Positions 1 through 13,000 of a DNA stretch of 64,000 bases are shown piece by piece. Each line of letters begins with the position of its first letter. Position 1 is the first letter of the stretch. The stretch covers positions 173,228,001 to 173,292,000 of the forward strand of contig OZ038378.1 of NCBI GenBank assembly GCA_964036045.1. The letters run 5' to 3'. The notes under the pieces are model-generated. The model worked only from the letters and a program-made list of their open reading frames with translations. It did no database searches and had not been told where the DNA came from. The position numbers and the translations under genes are program-made. Origin of the DNA: Eutreptiella sp. 'Long Island Sound 2002' (Eukaryota > Protista > Euglenida).

Positions 1-994
1 AACCACAATCCCTCCATTAAGTTTATGTACAAATTTGAGGACATTCAACCTTGACTCACTAGGATCTCGATCATGCATGAGCCATCCCTCAGTCTCATTT
101 GTCGGAATGGGTCGTAGATGTGCAATATGAAATTTGTATTTGGACACATAAACACATGTGAACCACAATTGAACTACATGCATGGGAAGCCACAACGTAT
201 CCACATGCGCCTTTGCACGCTCGCGCACATGGGTTGCATCAAGGTGCACCGTCGCACCACATTTGGCATCCCACACCCTATTTTTGAGACCAATACACCA
301 AAGGAACGTTGCACATCATAGCCGGTGAGCTTGCACTCCATTTGCATGTTGTAGCCACAGAACAACAAGTGAAATAAACGAGCCAAGCAAAACGAAGGAA
401 TAAAATTTTTTTTGAGGCATGCCTTCAAGAGGCCCAAACCGCGCCCAAAGTTAACCCAAATCAATGGGGAAATTTACTTCCCGTGGGCTAGTACATCGTA
501 TTACCCAATTAGAGTAGACAATTGTCGAGAAGGGGTGCAATGGATGATGGCACCCGTGGTAGATGTGTGAGCTTCATGGTTGTGCATTTCTCAAAATCTT
601 GATTCCTCAACCCCTTTGTTGAATGGCACAATGTGTAATAATGGTTTTGGGGTGGAGCGTATTGACACCATGACTGATGTCGACTAAATTTTCTCCCGGA
701 AAAGACTTTATGGAAATTCACCGACTGAGTTTTTGAATGATTTTTCTTGCGAACAATTTTTTGTTTTTTTTTTTGGCTCGGTTGTTTTTTTTTTCGCGTG
801 TGAGGGTCTGCGAGAGAGCAATCCGTTAAACGGCGGAAGGTGCACTTGGTGACCATATACTACTGTGGATCTTCGCCAAGTAAGGTGCGAGCGATACTTG
901 ACTTGTGTCTTCACGACTATTCATGCACGTGTAGCATGCACCAAAACATAGGAATATACACTTTCCATTTGCACGATTTGTAGAGATACCACAC

Positions 995-3881
995 ATGTAT
1001 CCGGTTCGCGAAGTGAATTTCGATGAAGTTTCAGTGGCTTCACAGGTACCTTGTTTTTGGGCACCTCGGCTGAACCAAACTCGAATTGATGTCGTTCGTT
1101 GGGTCACGCGTGTCATGTGTTGTCCGGGTTCAATGTTGAAGGTTCGGATGCGAAGTCCCCGTCCGTTTGTCCTCAGAAGTCATTTCTTTCGACAAGTTCA
1201 TACGCTGAAGGAATGCGAAGAACTGATAGCGTAAAAAAGAGGCATCAATCATTCATCAAAGGAGGTTCACCGTATGTGGAACGCGCCCTTGAACTCTTGG
1301 GTGAACATCTTCATCCCGGTAGCTCTGTCCTCGAGATAGGTACCCGGAACACAGACGGGTTGATCGCATTGCGCGGAATCGTGAAGTCGTCGGGAGTCGT
1401 GCATGGCATCGCACTATCGGAAATAGAGGTATGGCAGTTGCTGATATTGCAAATTCATGCGATTGTTGTGTCATATGGACAACCAGCGGAGGCTCAAAGA
1501 GCAGAATAATTTTCAATCGAGCCATGCAACTTCAATGGATGACGAATCATCCTTCGAAATGGTGGTCCACGGAGGCTCAGAAAAACAAAACAAACAGGTC
1601 ATTTGGCGCGCGTATGCTCGCTAAACCCAGCGATACATTTCTTTGCAAGTGAAGAACGAGCAACCGCAAGCAATTTTTGGTTTGCGTCTCTTTTTGCATG
1701 GTAGGTTTCTTTTCTTCGGGTGTGGGAAACAATGCCGCGGAGGAGGGGGGGTTAAGTTGGTCCAGGGGGGGTTAAGCTGATCCAAAATTGTCCAGCGTCA
1801 ACCGTTCCAAAAGGGGCGGAGGGGTTGGGGCTAGGGGCTCACTTGCTGTGGAACGTTCCGTATTGTTGTGGAATGGGAGCTAGGAGCCGGGCTATTTTTG
1901 TGAGATATCAAATATCACTGGTTTGCTTCTCCATGTCACATGAGATTAACGGGTGCGCCTTCAACATTTTTTTTTGTAAGAAGTCGCAACTCCGGAACAA
2001 TTTGGGGGCGAGGGGGGGGGGTGTTAGATCGGCAACAACCAGCACATCCTCAATACGCCAATTATTGGGCGCCGCTGACGCGCAAACGGCACACCATGTC
2101 ACATTCAGCGACACACCAACTACTCGGCTCCGCGAACGCGGAAACGACACGAGCAAGAGCACCGGCCGCAAGGTCGGGGGCCGTCGGATGACGTCGTTTA
2201 CGTCACGTCCTTGTAACTCATGGGACGGGGTGTGTATGTTGTGTTGGGCAACACATTGTGTTTTGACACGGCACATTAGCTTGGGTGCCACCCAAAAAAC
2301 TCGTGTCCCTAGCATACTCGAAGACCATGGGACATGTGCACTGCGACATGGAGTTCAAGGTTCGTACAAGACTGCGGGACATGTAATGTTTTGTATATGC
2401 ACCATCCACCAAACGCCAATGACATTCTTTGTCGATATATGGGATCGTGGACAAAGAAGAATGATCACCACCACAAAGCCAATAACAATGGCAAAAAGGA
2501 GGAGGAAGAGAATGAGTAACAAATGACTTCAACATTGTGCATGTTCACGTGTACAAAGGTGCAGCATTGCATTTGCACCGTGTGCAACCACGCAGCACTA
2601 GGCAAAAGCTTTGACGTATGACCTGCAAACATGTACTTTGACAATCAAACCTAACCCTTACGAGAGGAGCTTACCCAACCACGGAGGGGGCCGGGGGGGC
2701 TAGCTGTTGTGCCGCAGCATGTGCCTGGCTCTTGTAGTGCGGACATGATGTGCTGCGGCTGGACCTTGGATTTTGCCTCTCTGTCTTTGCTCTCAAGATC
2801 TTGTGCCGCGGACATGTTGCATGTCACACCACTTTGAACAATTTTTTTGAAGATGGATTGTTGGATCATTCTGGGCTTGGTGTGACACGGCACGCAATGG
2901 TTCGTGTACTGGGATGGGCACTTGTGCCACCTGTGTCGGTGTGCCTCGATGGCATGGAGGGGGGGGGGGGATTGGAACGTGCGCCATGGCACGTCCACAG
3001 GCCTGAGAACATGTCCCTTCCGTCGTATTTCCTCCAAATCTTGACCGAGTTTACGATTTTTGTTGGGTTGTGCCTGTGTCAAGTCCTTGAATAATGAATC
3101 GGGGTGTCCAGCTTTGGGAAGACACCACTGCGCGATTGGGTACTTTTAGGTCCATCACCAATTGTTGCGTCATCTTTGTGTCTAGAGCAATCAGGTCTGG
3201 GCGCAGCTGCAAGCGGATGGCTTGCAAGAAGGCATACACGTGCATGCAGAGACCACAGCGTCCCAGATTGTGCGCCCTAACTCGCTGGATGGAATTGCGA
3301 TACAATATGTTGCAGAACTTCTTGAACCCGATGCAGCACAGTCTTTATTGGCAGAGTGCCGCAGCTGCCTGAAACCGACTGGTCACTTGGCGGTAGTTTG
3401 TGCAACAGCCGCTCCTTCAAGATTCATGTCTTCTCGGAAACTGAAAATGCCAAGCTTGCGCTCGCCCTTGGAGGCTGAAGGTTTTCTGCTACTCTTGTGC
3501 CCTGCCGCTAACGATCACAAACGATGATTCGTGGCACGCCACATTGCATGGCACCTGCAGGACAGTGTTCGGATTTCAGGGGATTTTCTGCAGGGGTCAT
3601 GCCGAACCGGGATCCTCTGCAGGACCTGCAAGCAAACGTTGCAGCCGAGGTTGGAAGGCATCCGGGCAGATTTAGGCCGGTGGGCATTCTTCAGAGAACA
3701 CTTCGCATTCGTTATGGTTGCAGGGTATTCTTGCGATGTGGTCAAGACCGTCAACAAATCCGGGTGGAATGTGGAGATCATTTTGGCCAGCGTCGTGGAT
3801 GATATTGCAGAAGAATTCAAGTATGGCTGTGTGAAACGTTGGGCTGCGGCAGCCGCAGCGGGCCTGGCAGGCTGTCACACG
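995..3881 (+). CDS. Spliced class I SAM-dependent methyltransferase-like gene, 5' part (exons 995-1045, 1177-1428, 3195-~3395/3480, ~3580/3594-3881)
   Basis: Phase-0 GT-AG introns 1046-1176 and 1429-3194 join MYPVREVNFDEVSVASQ|KSF...HPGSSVLEIGTRNTDG...VHGIALSEIE|VWAQLQ...NSLDGIAIQYVAELLEPDAAQSLLAECRSCLKPTGHLAV. These resemble motif I (degenerate), post-I, motif II and the LKPGG-like motif of class I MTases. The in-frame TGA at 3525-3527 needs a further intron, whose boundaries are ambiguous. Confidence 0.5.
2012..2182 (+). repeat. Dispersed repeat family A, variant subtype (intronic copy)
   Basis: Near-identical to the reverse complement of 48471-48650 and shares the core caatacgccaa..tgggcgccgct.acgcgcaaacggcac with 6095-6417 and 16630-16951. 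Confidence 0.85.
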
Positions 3882-6094
3882 GTGAAGGAACGTCGAAAAT
3901 GAAATGGTTTCAGCACCGCCTTGCCTCAGGCACACGCACATGCCAAGCCATGGGCAACACCAACGTTGGGGGAAGGGAAACCAGGGGAAACAGAGGACCC
4001 GAGGAAAGCAAGGGAAGTGCACGGAATCCCCCATTCTCGCCGGAGCCCCACGAAAAACGCCACAAAACTGCCAACGAATTGAGGGAACGGGAGAAATGCG
4101 CTGTTGCCATTCCCTGTGTCCCCAATACCCACACTTTCCCAACGAAGCACCCGCAACGCTCACAACAAGTCAGACACCCCAACCAAGGACCCAAGGCCCA
4201 CAGCCACATCGGTAACCAACAACCGACGCTATGCCAGCCCCAACCATATTCCAACCTTGGCAGACCACGTCCAAAGAACAAGGTGGCAGATGGCAGTCGC
4301 GAGCATGACTGCAGGCCTGAGGCCAGCCTGAGGCCTGGGCGTCCGAAGGCTGACCCCTCGAGGCCCGGGACCAATTGTCTGCCCTGCCCCCCCACCAGAT
4401 CCACCAGCTTCGCCAGGCTTGCCGGGGTATCTGAGAACTGTTGTGGTTGCCCGTCTGGGTCTCCCTGACCTGGGCTCGACCATCCTGACGCACGCAGGTT
4501 CCTGCGCACCCCCGCTCCGTGGGTACTGGTGCCCCGGTGTAGGCGAATCCCTTCGGGATTGCAGGGTCACAGTGGAGAAGTCAGATGTCAGGCCCTGGCT
4601 CACTTGTTTGTACGGCGATGCGCACCCGCACGCCGCACGGACGTGTCTTCCGTACCTGCCGAAGGGAGTTCTCCTCCAACAATGTGCGCGGCGCATTCTG
4701 GCATGCCGAGGGCTTTTCTCCCGTGCCCGGGATGTCCCCCAAAATTTTTCGCGGAGGGGACCTCGCGCATTCCGGCATGGCAGATTTTCTTTGGGGCTCG
4801 CCCTGACCCCCCGGTGGGGCTCGCCCTGACTGGCGTTGGGAAGGAGTTTTTCTCTGGTTGTGCAACATACAACGAGGCTGGCAGCGATCTCGCCTGCTGG
4901 AACGTAAGCTCAAGTACAAGCCCAAATCCCGCTCCCCCCACCCTCAGCATAATCTCCGTGTTTCCCCCCCATTTCCCCAGGAAAAGCCACCAAAATTTCC
5001 ATCATCCTTTGCCTGTTGGTGGTAGTTCGGGGCAGGAGTCCTATGCGAGTGCCACTCGCCGACACGCGAGCGAACGATTTGGCGTATTTCCAAACATCGG
5101 TGTTCCAAACCTCGGGTTCGACCCACGACCCCTGGGTAGGCTTGCGGGCGGTGTTCGGCACCTTCGGCTTCAGTCCCGGTACTAATCGAGGTGTTGTGCC
5201 CTGCCCAGGGCACTGAAGGAGTTGGGCGCTAGAACCACTCGACCAGCCGGAGTATCTCCCGGTTTTCTGAGGGTCCACCCGACTGGTTTGAGTGTTTCAT
5301 TGCTGTCGCGCGCCAACGGTATGTCTGAATTGTACTGCGGATGGTGCCAAAGTGACACCGGCCTCCGAGTCAAATTTCTTTGCGTGCCGCAACGGTGGTT
5401 GAGAGAGGGGCATTCTCCCCATTCTCGCACACCGTTCTTCCCTCCTTGTAGGCGAATCTCTTCTGGCTCGCGGGGTCGCTGTGGACCAAGCGTATGCTGC
5501 GACCGGGGGTGGGAGTTAGGGGTGATTTCGGCCCACGCCAGGGTAGCGACCCAGCCGGTGGGTTTTGGAGTTTGGTCATACCACCACCAGCCCACAATGA
5601 ATGTCTCTGTAGCCGTGCGGCCGTGGTTGGGATCCGGTGTTGAACTTGCGGTGTGTTTTATCAGAGAAGCCTTGGAGAAATCGTCGGAGAGTGGCACTCC
5701 GGTACGCCGGGCAAATGATGAGTCCTTCGCGGAGAGGCAGTGTAGCACTCCGCTGCGCATCGACTCGACGACGTCGTCGTTCGTGGAGAGGTCGTGGGAT
5801 GGGACTCACTGTGTCACCCCCGAGACGGCATCGGAGACGCTTGGTGGCACTCCGCCGCCCATGGAATCCGCCACCCGTCAGCCTGAGAACAGCATGAACT
5901 GCGTGGAAGCTGCAGAATTGTTCTCCCTAGGTAAAGGCCGCTATCAGTCGCCCGTGAGTGACCCGACGAAACCGGCGACGTCCAAGCAGAAGAAATACAA
6001 GAAGGTGTTGCGATTGTTCAGTCTGCTTGGGGCTTGGCTGAGGCTTGGTTGGGGCAGCGGTTGAAGGGGCAGCATTACAGAGGGGGCGGGGGGT

Positions 6095-6417
6095 GCAGCA
6101 AGGCAGGTTATGGACGGCCTGAGGACGGAGGTGTAGGGACAGCGAAAACAGTCAAACGACCCCCGCACCAACCAGCACAACCCCCAATACGCCAACTACT
6201 GGGCGCCGCTAACGCGCAAACGGCACATCCTGCCACATCCAGCACAGCCCCAGCACACCAACCACTGGGCTCCGCGAACGCAGACACGACACCAGCAGGA
6301 GCACGGGCCACAGCGGCCGACAGAAAGCAGCGACCCGATGCAGCATGCAAAGGGAAGAACGGGTGACGGTCCAGGGCCCCGTAAAGAAACAACAACCAGA
6401 CGGAATGTCACACAGGG
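6095..6417 (+). repeat. Dispersed repeat family A, ~323-bp copy
   Basis: Almost base-for-base identical to 16630-16951 and ends in ...ccagacggaatgtcacacaggg. Confidence 0.92.
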
Positions 6418-7037
6418 GATGATTCCGTACGGCACGGGGAATATTCCGCACCCTTCCCAAAAAAATCGCATTTGGCACGCTGTAGGGACAGGGATTCTGA
6501 GGTGCCGGTCCCCAGAAGGCACAAGGCCCAATAAAACGGTCAGGAATCGTTTATTAACTGAGTACCGCTAAAGCTTTGCAAGCTGTCAACATGCTTGAAG
6601 GTCACACTTGACGCATGTAGCCGTGGTAGTTTGTTGGTGTCCTTAGGTGCAGAGGCAAGACTGTCGCCAACCGCACATCAAACTCTACTCGGGGAAAGTT
6701 AGGCACCAACAAAAAAGAGATGTAAAGAAATTTCCGCACCTATTTGAAGTACGGAATTTTCCCTGCGGAAAAGGCCCCCTGCGGAGTTTCCCCTCCTCCT
6801 GCATCATCATTTAAAATGTTATGATCACCAATTGCCATCATTGACCGAACTGCGATCCGTCAACCGCCAACCACCAGCTGTTGAGAGATTCGCAACCCCG
6901 ATACCAGCCACACATTTTTGACCCAGCAATGCTACTCGCACACGAAATCACCGACGATCACCAGAAATGCTTACCCTGTCAGGTTGCGTTGCGGGGTATT
7001 GGGTTTCCCCAGAAGCTGCACGCCGCTTTCTATGCAG

Positions 7038-10000
7038 AGCTTACTGCAGCTATCCGAAGAAATGTCGTCTTTGGAAGATAGAGTGGAGCTGTCTGATTCT
7101 GAGGTGTGTGCCGCCCAGGAACGCAGTGCCTGGTCGTGATGGACCAGCCCGCAATGTTGTTCGGGTCGGCATTTGGCTAGCATCTGGTGCTCACGGTCGT
7201 GTGTCTTCTTAGGTCAGCGCTTTGCGTGCTGCGGTCAAGGCAGAGAAAGCGAAGCGCCACTCACTGCGCGATCAGTTGCAGGCGTTGAAGGCTGAGCCCA
7301 GGTTGGTCTCTCTGTTGTGGATCATCATCATGCATCAGGACGAAAGGTCCCGCGATATTTGACACTCACCCACTTGCATGAGCATCCGGTGACTGGCCTC
7401 GCCACAAAGCTATTCATGTGCTCGTTTTGTTACCCTCCTCTTCCCCCGCCGCGCCCCCCCCGCTCCACAATTTTGAGCATTGATCATGGAGCCATATTTT
7501 CGGGTTGACATTCGCAAATGCACCTTTTGCATTTGGCTGATTGCTTTGCCTGTCTGTTGTGGCCTTTTGGGTGGGGTTAAAGGAAATTTCGGCTTTTTTT
7601 GGGACACAAACCCTCGACTCCAACAAATACAATACACCATTGCAGAAACAGGGGTTCCAATCTCTAGCTGCAGTATGCGGAGTGCTGTGCATACTGAGAA
7701 CAAAGCAGGCGGTCACAACCAATCCCAAGCATGTCCAGTCAGGCTTTTGCCACAAGGAAAAGGGCCCTCACAAACTCAACAGCTCCTGCCCCGCCCCCAT
7801 TTACTTAGCCTTTATGGCACCCCCCCCCCCAGGGTGTTGCTTTAATTTTCATTTCGGCAGTGTGTGTGTGGGGGGGGGGGGGGGTGCTCCCCCCTCCCCC
7901 CTTGCTCGAACTCATGTCAGAATCAGGGTTCTGGGAACCTTTTTTCGTTTGGGCCAATTTTTTTATCCCGCGCCTTCAGCGCACCTAGAGGAGGGTTTGG
8001 TCATTCCACTCATATCATTTCTTCCCTGTTTCGCAGGTATCATGTCACAGTGTCCCATAAGTACGTTCTCTGGCACCCCGGTCCAACTGTGCCCCCGCGC
8101 AAAATGCGACGATGTGAGAACCACAATACTATTTTTTCGCTTCAAGACATAGAAAGCATGTTCCACATTTTTTCTGAACATTCCAATGGCAACTCAGATC
8201 CTTCTAGTTTCTCTTCGAGTTCAAAAGAGGATACAAATGGTGAGTCGAACTCAGGTGAGTCCAACTCTGATTGATCTTTGCCGAAGAATTGGATCACAGT
8301 GAGCATTCCTCCGCATTTCCTGTTGGTGTTGCCTGGTGGTGTTTAGGTGAAGGCGCAATGTATGGACCCAAAAAGATAGGTTGCGTTGCCTGTCTTCAGA
8401 CATTATGACAAATGTATAAGCTGAATGGGTCAGTGTGGTATATTTTTGGAGCTCCTTGCGCAGGGGGGGGGGGGGGGGTTAAAGGAGCAACAACCAGACG
8501 GAATGTCACACAGGGGGGGCTCCCCCCTGGACCCCCTCTCCCCCTTCCCTAGACCAAGCAACGCCCTGCCCCCCCCCCCCTCCTCCCAGACCCCCGTCCC
8601 TCAAGACTCAAATAAAAATGCAACGTTTCGTACCAACGTTTCGTACGCTTCATCGGTCTCTCGGTTCCTCATTCTTTAACCACGCGGACCTGTATACTGC
8701 CTCACCGGCTGCTGCCACAATTGCACCCCACGAGTCCACAGTTCCAGTCATCAAGCATTTTCACTGTGTTCCCCTGTTGGAGTTTCAAATTGCCCATGAA
8801 ACCACAGTAAACAACTGAAACCCGCTCAAAAATGCACAACAACCGAATGCTCGCCGTGCTATTCTTGCAGTTGTACAAGGAGCCAATTGCAGGAGTGGCT
8901 TGATTCCTGTATGACCCCCAGTGAAATCGATGCGATGGCCGACACCGATGCGGCACAGGTGCCGGTGAAACCGCTGCTGCTGGCAATGGCAAACACCTAT
9001 CAAGTCTGTGCATCCTGCTTTTCTCGTTCAGGGCATGTCTTGCGCGCTGCAGACTGGGCGCCAGGGAAGTCGTAGAGCGGCCGTACACCCGAGGGGGAGC
9101 GTCCCCAACACCCAGCACCCCATCCTCTTCGCCCCACTGCCCCCTTCTAATGTGCAATTGCACCTCGAAAACTTTGGAATCGGAAAAACACTTCTCAAAG
9201 GAAATCTGTGCATTACCATGATTGGGGTGCGCATCCTGGGAGGGGAGGTCCCTGCCAGAGCCTCCCCTTCCCTCTTCAAATACTTCCTTGCTGACCCGGG
9301 ACATCATTGTTACACCATCGTGCACCCGGCGCACATCAGAATCGTGCACACCTGATGCACGTTTTGCATGAGCGATAGGCCCAATTCCAGCGAACAACTC
9401 TCCCGTGTGACTGTTCAGGCAGTAGACCTGTCGTACATGGGGGGGGGATGTTCCACATAGGCTGGTTGGTGGCCAGTCAACCGGTGTTCAGTACCAATTT
9501 TTTTGTATGACCTGCTTGTCGCTCGAGGTCTGTTACGGTGGTGGACGGGTAGATGGCCAATTGATGAAATGGCCACCTGCAAGCGCGTGGGTTTCCAGCC
9601 CCTTGAGTAAAGTTCTTTTCTTCTGTTGCCAAAATTCTTTTTCTGATTTCGGTGGACGATCCCAAAAACAGGTGCTCGTTTCTCATCCAACACACTGCTA
9701 TCATGCAGGCACAGCATGTTTGGCGCGTGTACAATTTTTTGCGCGTGTTGCGCTGACACTTTGTTCTGGGTGTTCAGGAGCATCGCCGAAATTGCACCCT
9801 GCAGCTGGAGCAGAAGGATGCCATGGTTGCCTCCATTGTGGCGTCCCTGAAGGTATTCTGCTGTCTGCCGTGCTGCCGCTGTACTGCTTGCATGCACAGC
9901 TCACCCATGCGGCTGCTGTCCGGCTCCGCCCTTCTGTCGCCTCAGTGCCGCTGGCATCTGCATCACAGTTGTTCAGGTTGTGCAAGCCAAGAGCCGTTTC

Positions 10001-13000
10001 TCTGATCTTCTTCTCACGACCGTTTCCACTATATTTTCTGCTGCAGAGAACGTTCTGCGGTCCGTCCAACAGCACGACAGAGTGCTGGGGTTTAATTTAG
10101 TTCTGCGGGGGGTCTGAACTCTTGGTGTGGTGGTGGTCGCAAGTAGGTGTGTTTTTTGTTGGGCGTTTCATGCCACCTGCTGTGTTTTATCTATTCGTTC
10201 CTTGACCGGATGCACAGCGGTGTACTGATGGTGCAGATATTGCCTGAGCCTTCACGACCAGCAAGTACAGTGTGTGCACAGATTCACTGATCTTTAACCT
10301 TTGACAATGGATAAACTACATTCACACCGTGTGCACGGTGAATATGAGGGCCATGAGGAGATACCATCGTTTTTGGCATAACTTAGGATAAGACAGGGGG
10401 ACATTTCTGGAAGCCTCGGAGCGTTAGGGGACAGTGAGGCTGGGATATCTCTCAGTGCCATCACGTTTTGTGCCAATTCGGTGGGTTTTCACCGGTCGTC
10501 GTCATTGTTCCTTTTTTTGAGTCCACTGAGTGTCCCGTAGGGGTATGTGGGATATATTCGGAAAGCCCTTGAAAAGGGCTATTGGAACACCTTGGGTCTG
10601 CATGCTGTACTGACAACATCTTTGAGATTTTTGTCCGTTTTGGGCGGTGCCTGTGTTGCCTGCTGCCTCTTTTTGTCAACAACAACAATGTTGTTGTTGT
10701 TGACAGCAATGTTTCACGGTGCTCAGTCCAGTGCTCTGATGTATCGTTTCGATGCCGAAAACAGGGGGATGGAAATTTTGCATTTTGATGTGCTGAATTC
10801 AAAAATGCAAGAGTTCGGGCTCACCAAGATGATATGTTAGAGAATTTGCCAATTTGCGTAAAAAAGGTCACATGTTACTCTGTCTCTGTGCTAGCTCTCA
10901 GTTGTGTGGCAGTAGACCTTGGGCCACAAAAGAGGGAAATTCTCAGACATGCCGTCTCATTGAGCCCAAACTCCTGCATTTTTGGATTCAGCACATTGAA
11001 ATGCACAAATCTCCATCCCCCCCTTTTTTCGGCATGGAATCAATATGTTGGAGCACCGGGCCGCAAGCACCCTGAAAACCCTTTACGTAGTGCAGACCCT
11101 GAAAAGCCTGCACACCGTGAAACGCCGAAAATTTCAGCTCCGGTACTCAAAAACATGGTCCCCCCCCCCCCCATGACCCATACCTCTTCCAAACGGCCTT
11201 TTCTTGCAGATTTCAAAAAGTATACACATAAACCCCCCGAGGGCACGAAATTTTGGCACATGGGACCAAAAGTTCAGAAACCCGCGGAAAAGTGCCAAAA
11301 CCCACCGCGTTGGCATATAACGAATGTCCCCGAAAGATATTGGACCCTGGCGCCGGGGCAGTGGGTGGGCTGGGTGCAGTCTTTACATCCTCCTCCTCAA
11401 GACAAGGGGCTGGGTGCGTGGTGTTGAGACACCATCAGCTTTGTGCAGCGTGCACAGACTTGTGAGGAGACACGTTCAGCTTCGTGCAGCGTGCCCAGGG
11501 GAGGGAAAGCACTCCACGACCCTGTGCAGAGTGCACAGGATGAGGGCAGGCAAATCGAAGGCAATGGGAACGTGGGGGTGCGGGGGTGGGTGGCATCGTC
11601 GAAACGCTATGGTGCACAGGGTGCACGATCAGCCACAATTGTGCACCAATTGTGGTGCATCATTGATGCACCCGGTGCACTTGGTGCATCGATGGTGCGC
11701 CATTGTGTGCCGCACGAATGTTACATTTTCGTTCGCTGGAATGCATCCTGTTGCTCATGCAAAACGACGGTGCACCATCGTGCATCTGATGCACGATGGT
11801 GTATTGATGATCCCCTCGTATGCACCGGCTGCGCAACGGTGTATTGATGGTGCACAGCCATCCTGCACCATTTTGCGCCCGGAACAGGCTGCATTGGCCC
11901 TGTGAATCACTGATAACTGTAAGTTGCAGTGCCGCAACCTGGTGCATGTCGCAGTTCTGCCTCATTCCTGGCTGTTTGTTAAATCGCACGTGTCCATTGT
12001 GGTCATAGTTATTGCCACTGTGTTGGAATTTTGCAGGAATCATTGGCTGATCAGGATGCAACGGTCAATGATCTAAAGAAGAAAGTTGACCAGTTTTCTT
12101 CGCAGGTGTACGATGCATCCTTCCCCCTTTTTTGTGCAGAGCTCTGGGAATTCTGTTCATGTACAGTCCTGACGTGCACTGAGCGTCATATTCTATACAA
12201 GTTGTGAACAGTGCGGATGTGTTTGTAGCGAGAAAGGGATCCGAATACTGTGTTCTGCGTGCTGCGTGCGGCTTGCTTTGTTTTCTGTAAGCTCTTTGTC
12301 CGAGGAGGGAAGTTTTCGATTTGGAATCTGATTGGATTTTTGTTGCTGCGGGGAGGTTATGTTCGGTGGTCTATTAGTATCCAATCTTGTCTACAACTGC
12401 TATCAGCCACACCACCCTGCTTGCACCCTAAGAAGCAGTGCTGCTCCCCAGTCTTGAATTCGCCTTTGTTGCCACAACAGGATCTCCTTTTGCAATTCAA
12501 CCAAGACACCACAATGTATTGTTGCCCTGCAACTTGCCTAAAGGCGCGCCGAAAGTGCGCCACAGGGTGTGCCGCAAGAAAAGCATTCTCCAAGACACTC
12601 CCCAAAACACCTCAGGTTTCTGAGGCCATACAAAACAAATGACAGCATGGAAGTGCCTATTTGGTAGGTGAAAGACCGCCAATCTCGTTTGGTATCTTTT
12701 TTTTTTACGGTTTGGAAACGCTATGGGCCTCTGGGGGGAACAGTGAAATGTGTGGTGTGGGGTAGGGGCGTTCTTTTGCTGACCTGCCCCTGTAGCATGA
12801 CCTGCACGCTTTGGTTGATAAGTCACAAGTTTGATAATTGTCTGTTGATTGATCCGAGCCTATACTGGGTCTGGACAATCATCTGGTTATTTGAGTGGCA
12901 ACCATGACAAAGCAAGCAAGCGTGTTTTGCTGGAACAAGTCTGAAGTAGTGCAACGTTGCAAGGTGTTCAGCTGGACACGGGGATCCAAATTGCACAGGA

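Noticed and set aside
5105-5135. GGGTTCGACCC tRNA T-arm/B-box-like hairpin
   Set aside because: No acceptor stem, D-arm or A-box could be built around it, so it was not called as a tRNA or SINE.
9295-11830. Inverted repeats as TIRs of a single 2.5-kb transposon
   Set aside because: Phase-consistent host exons lie between them and no TSD was seen, so independent insertions are more likely.
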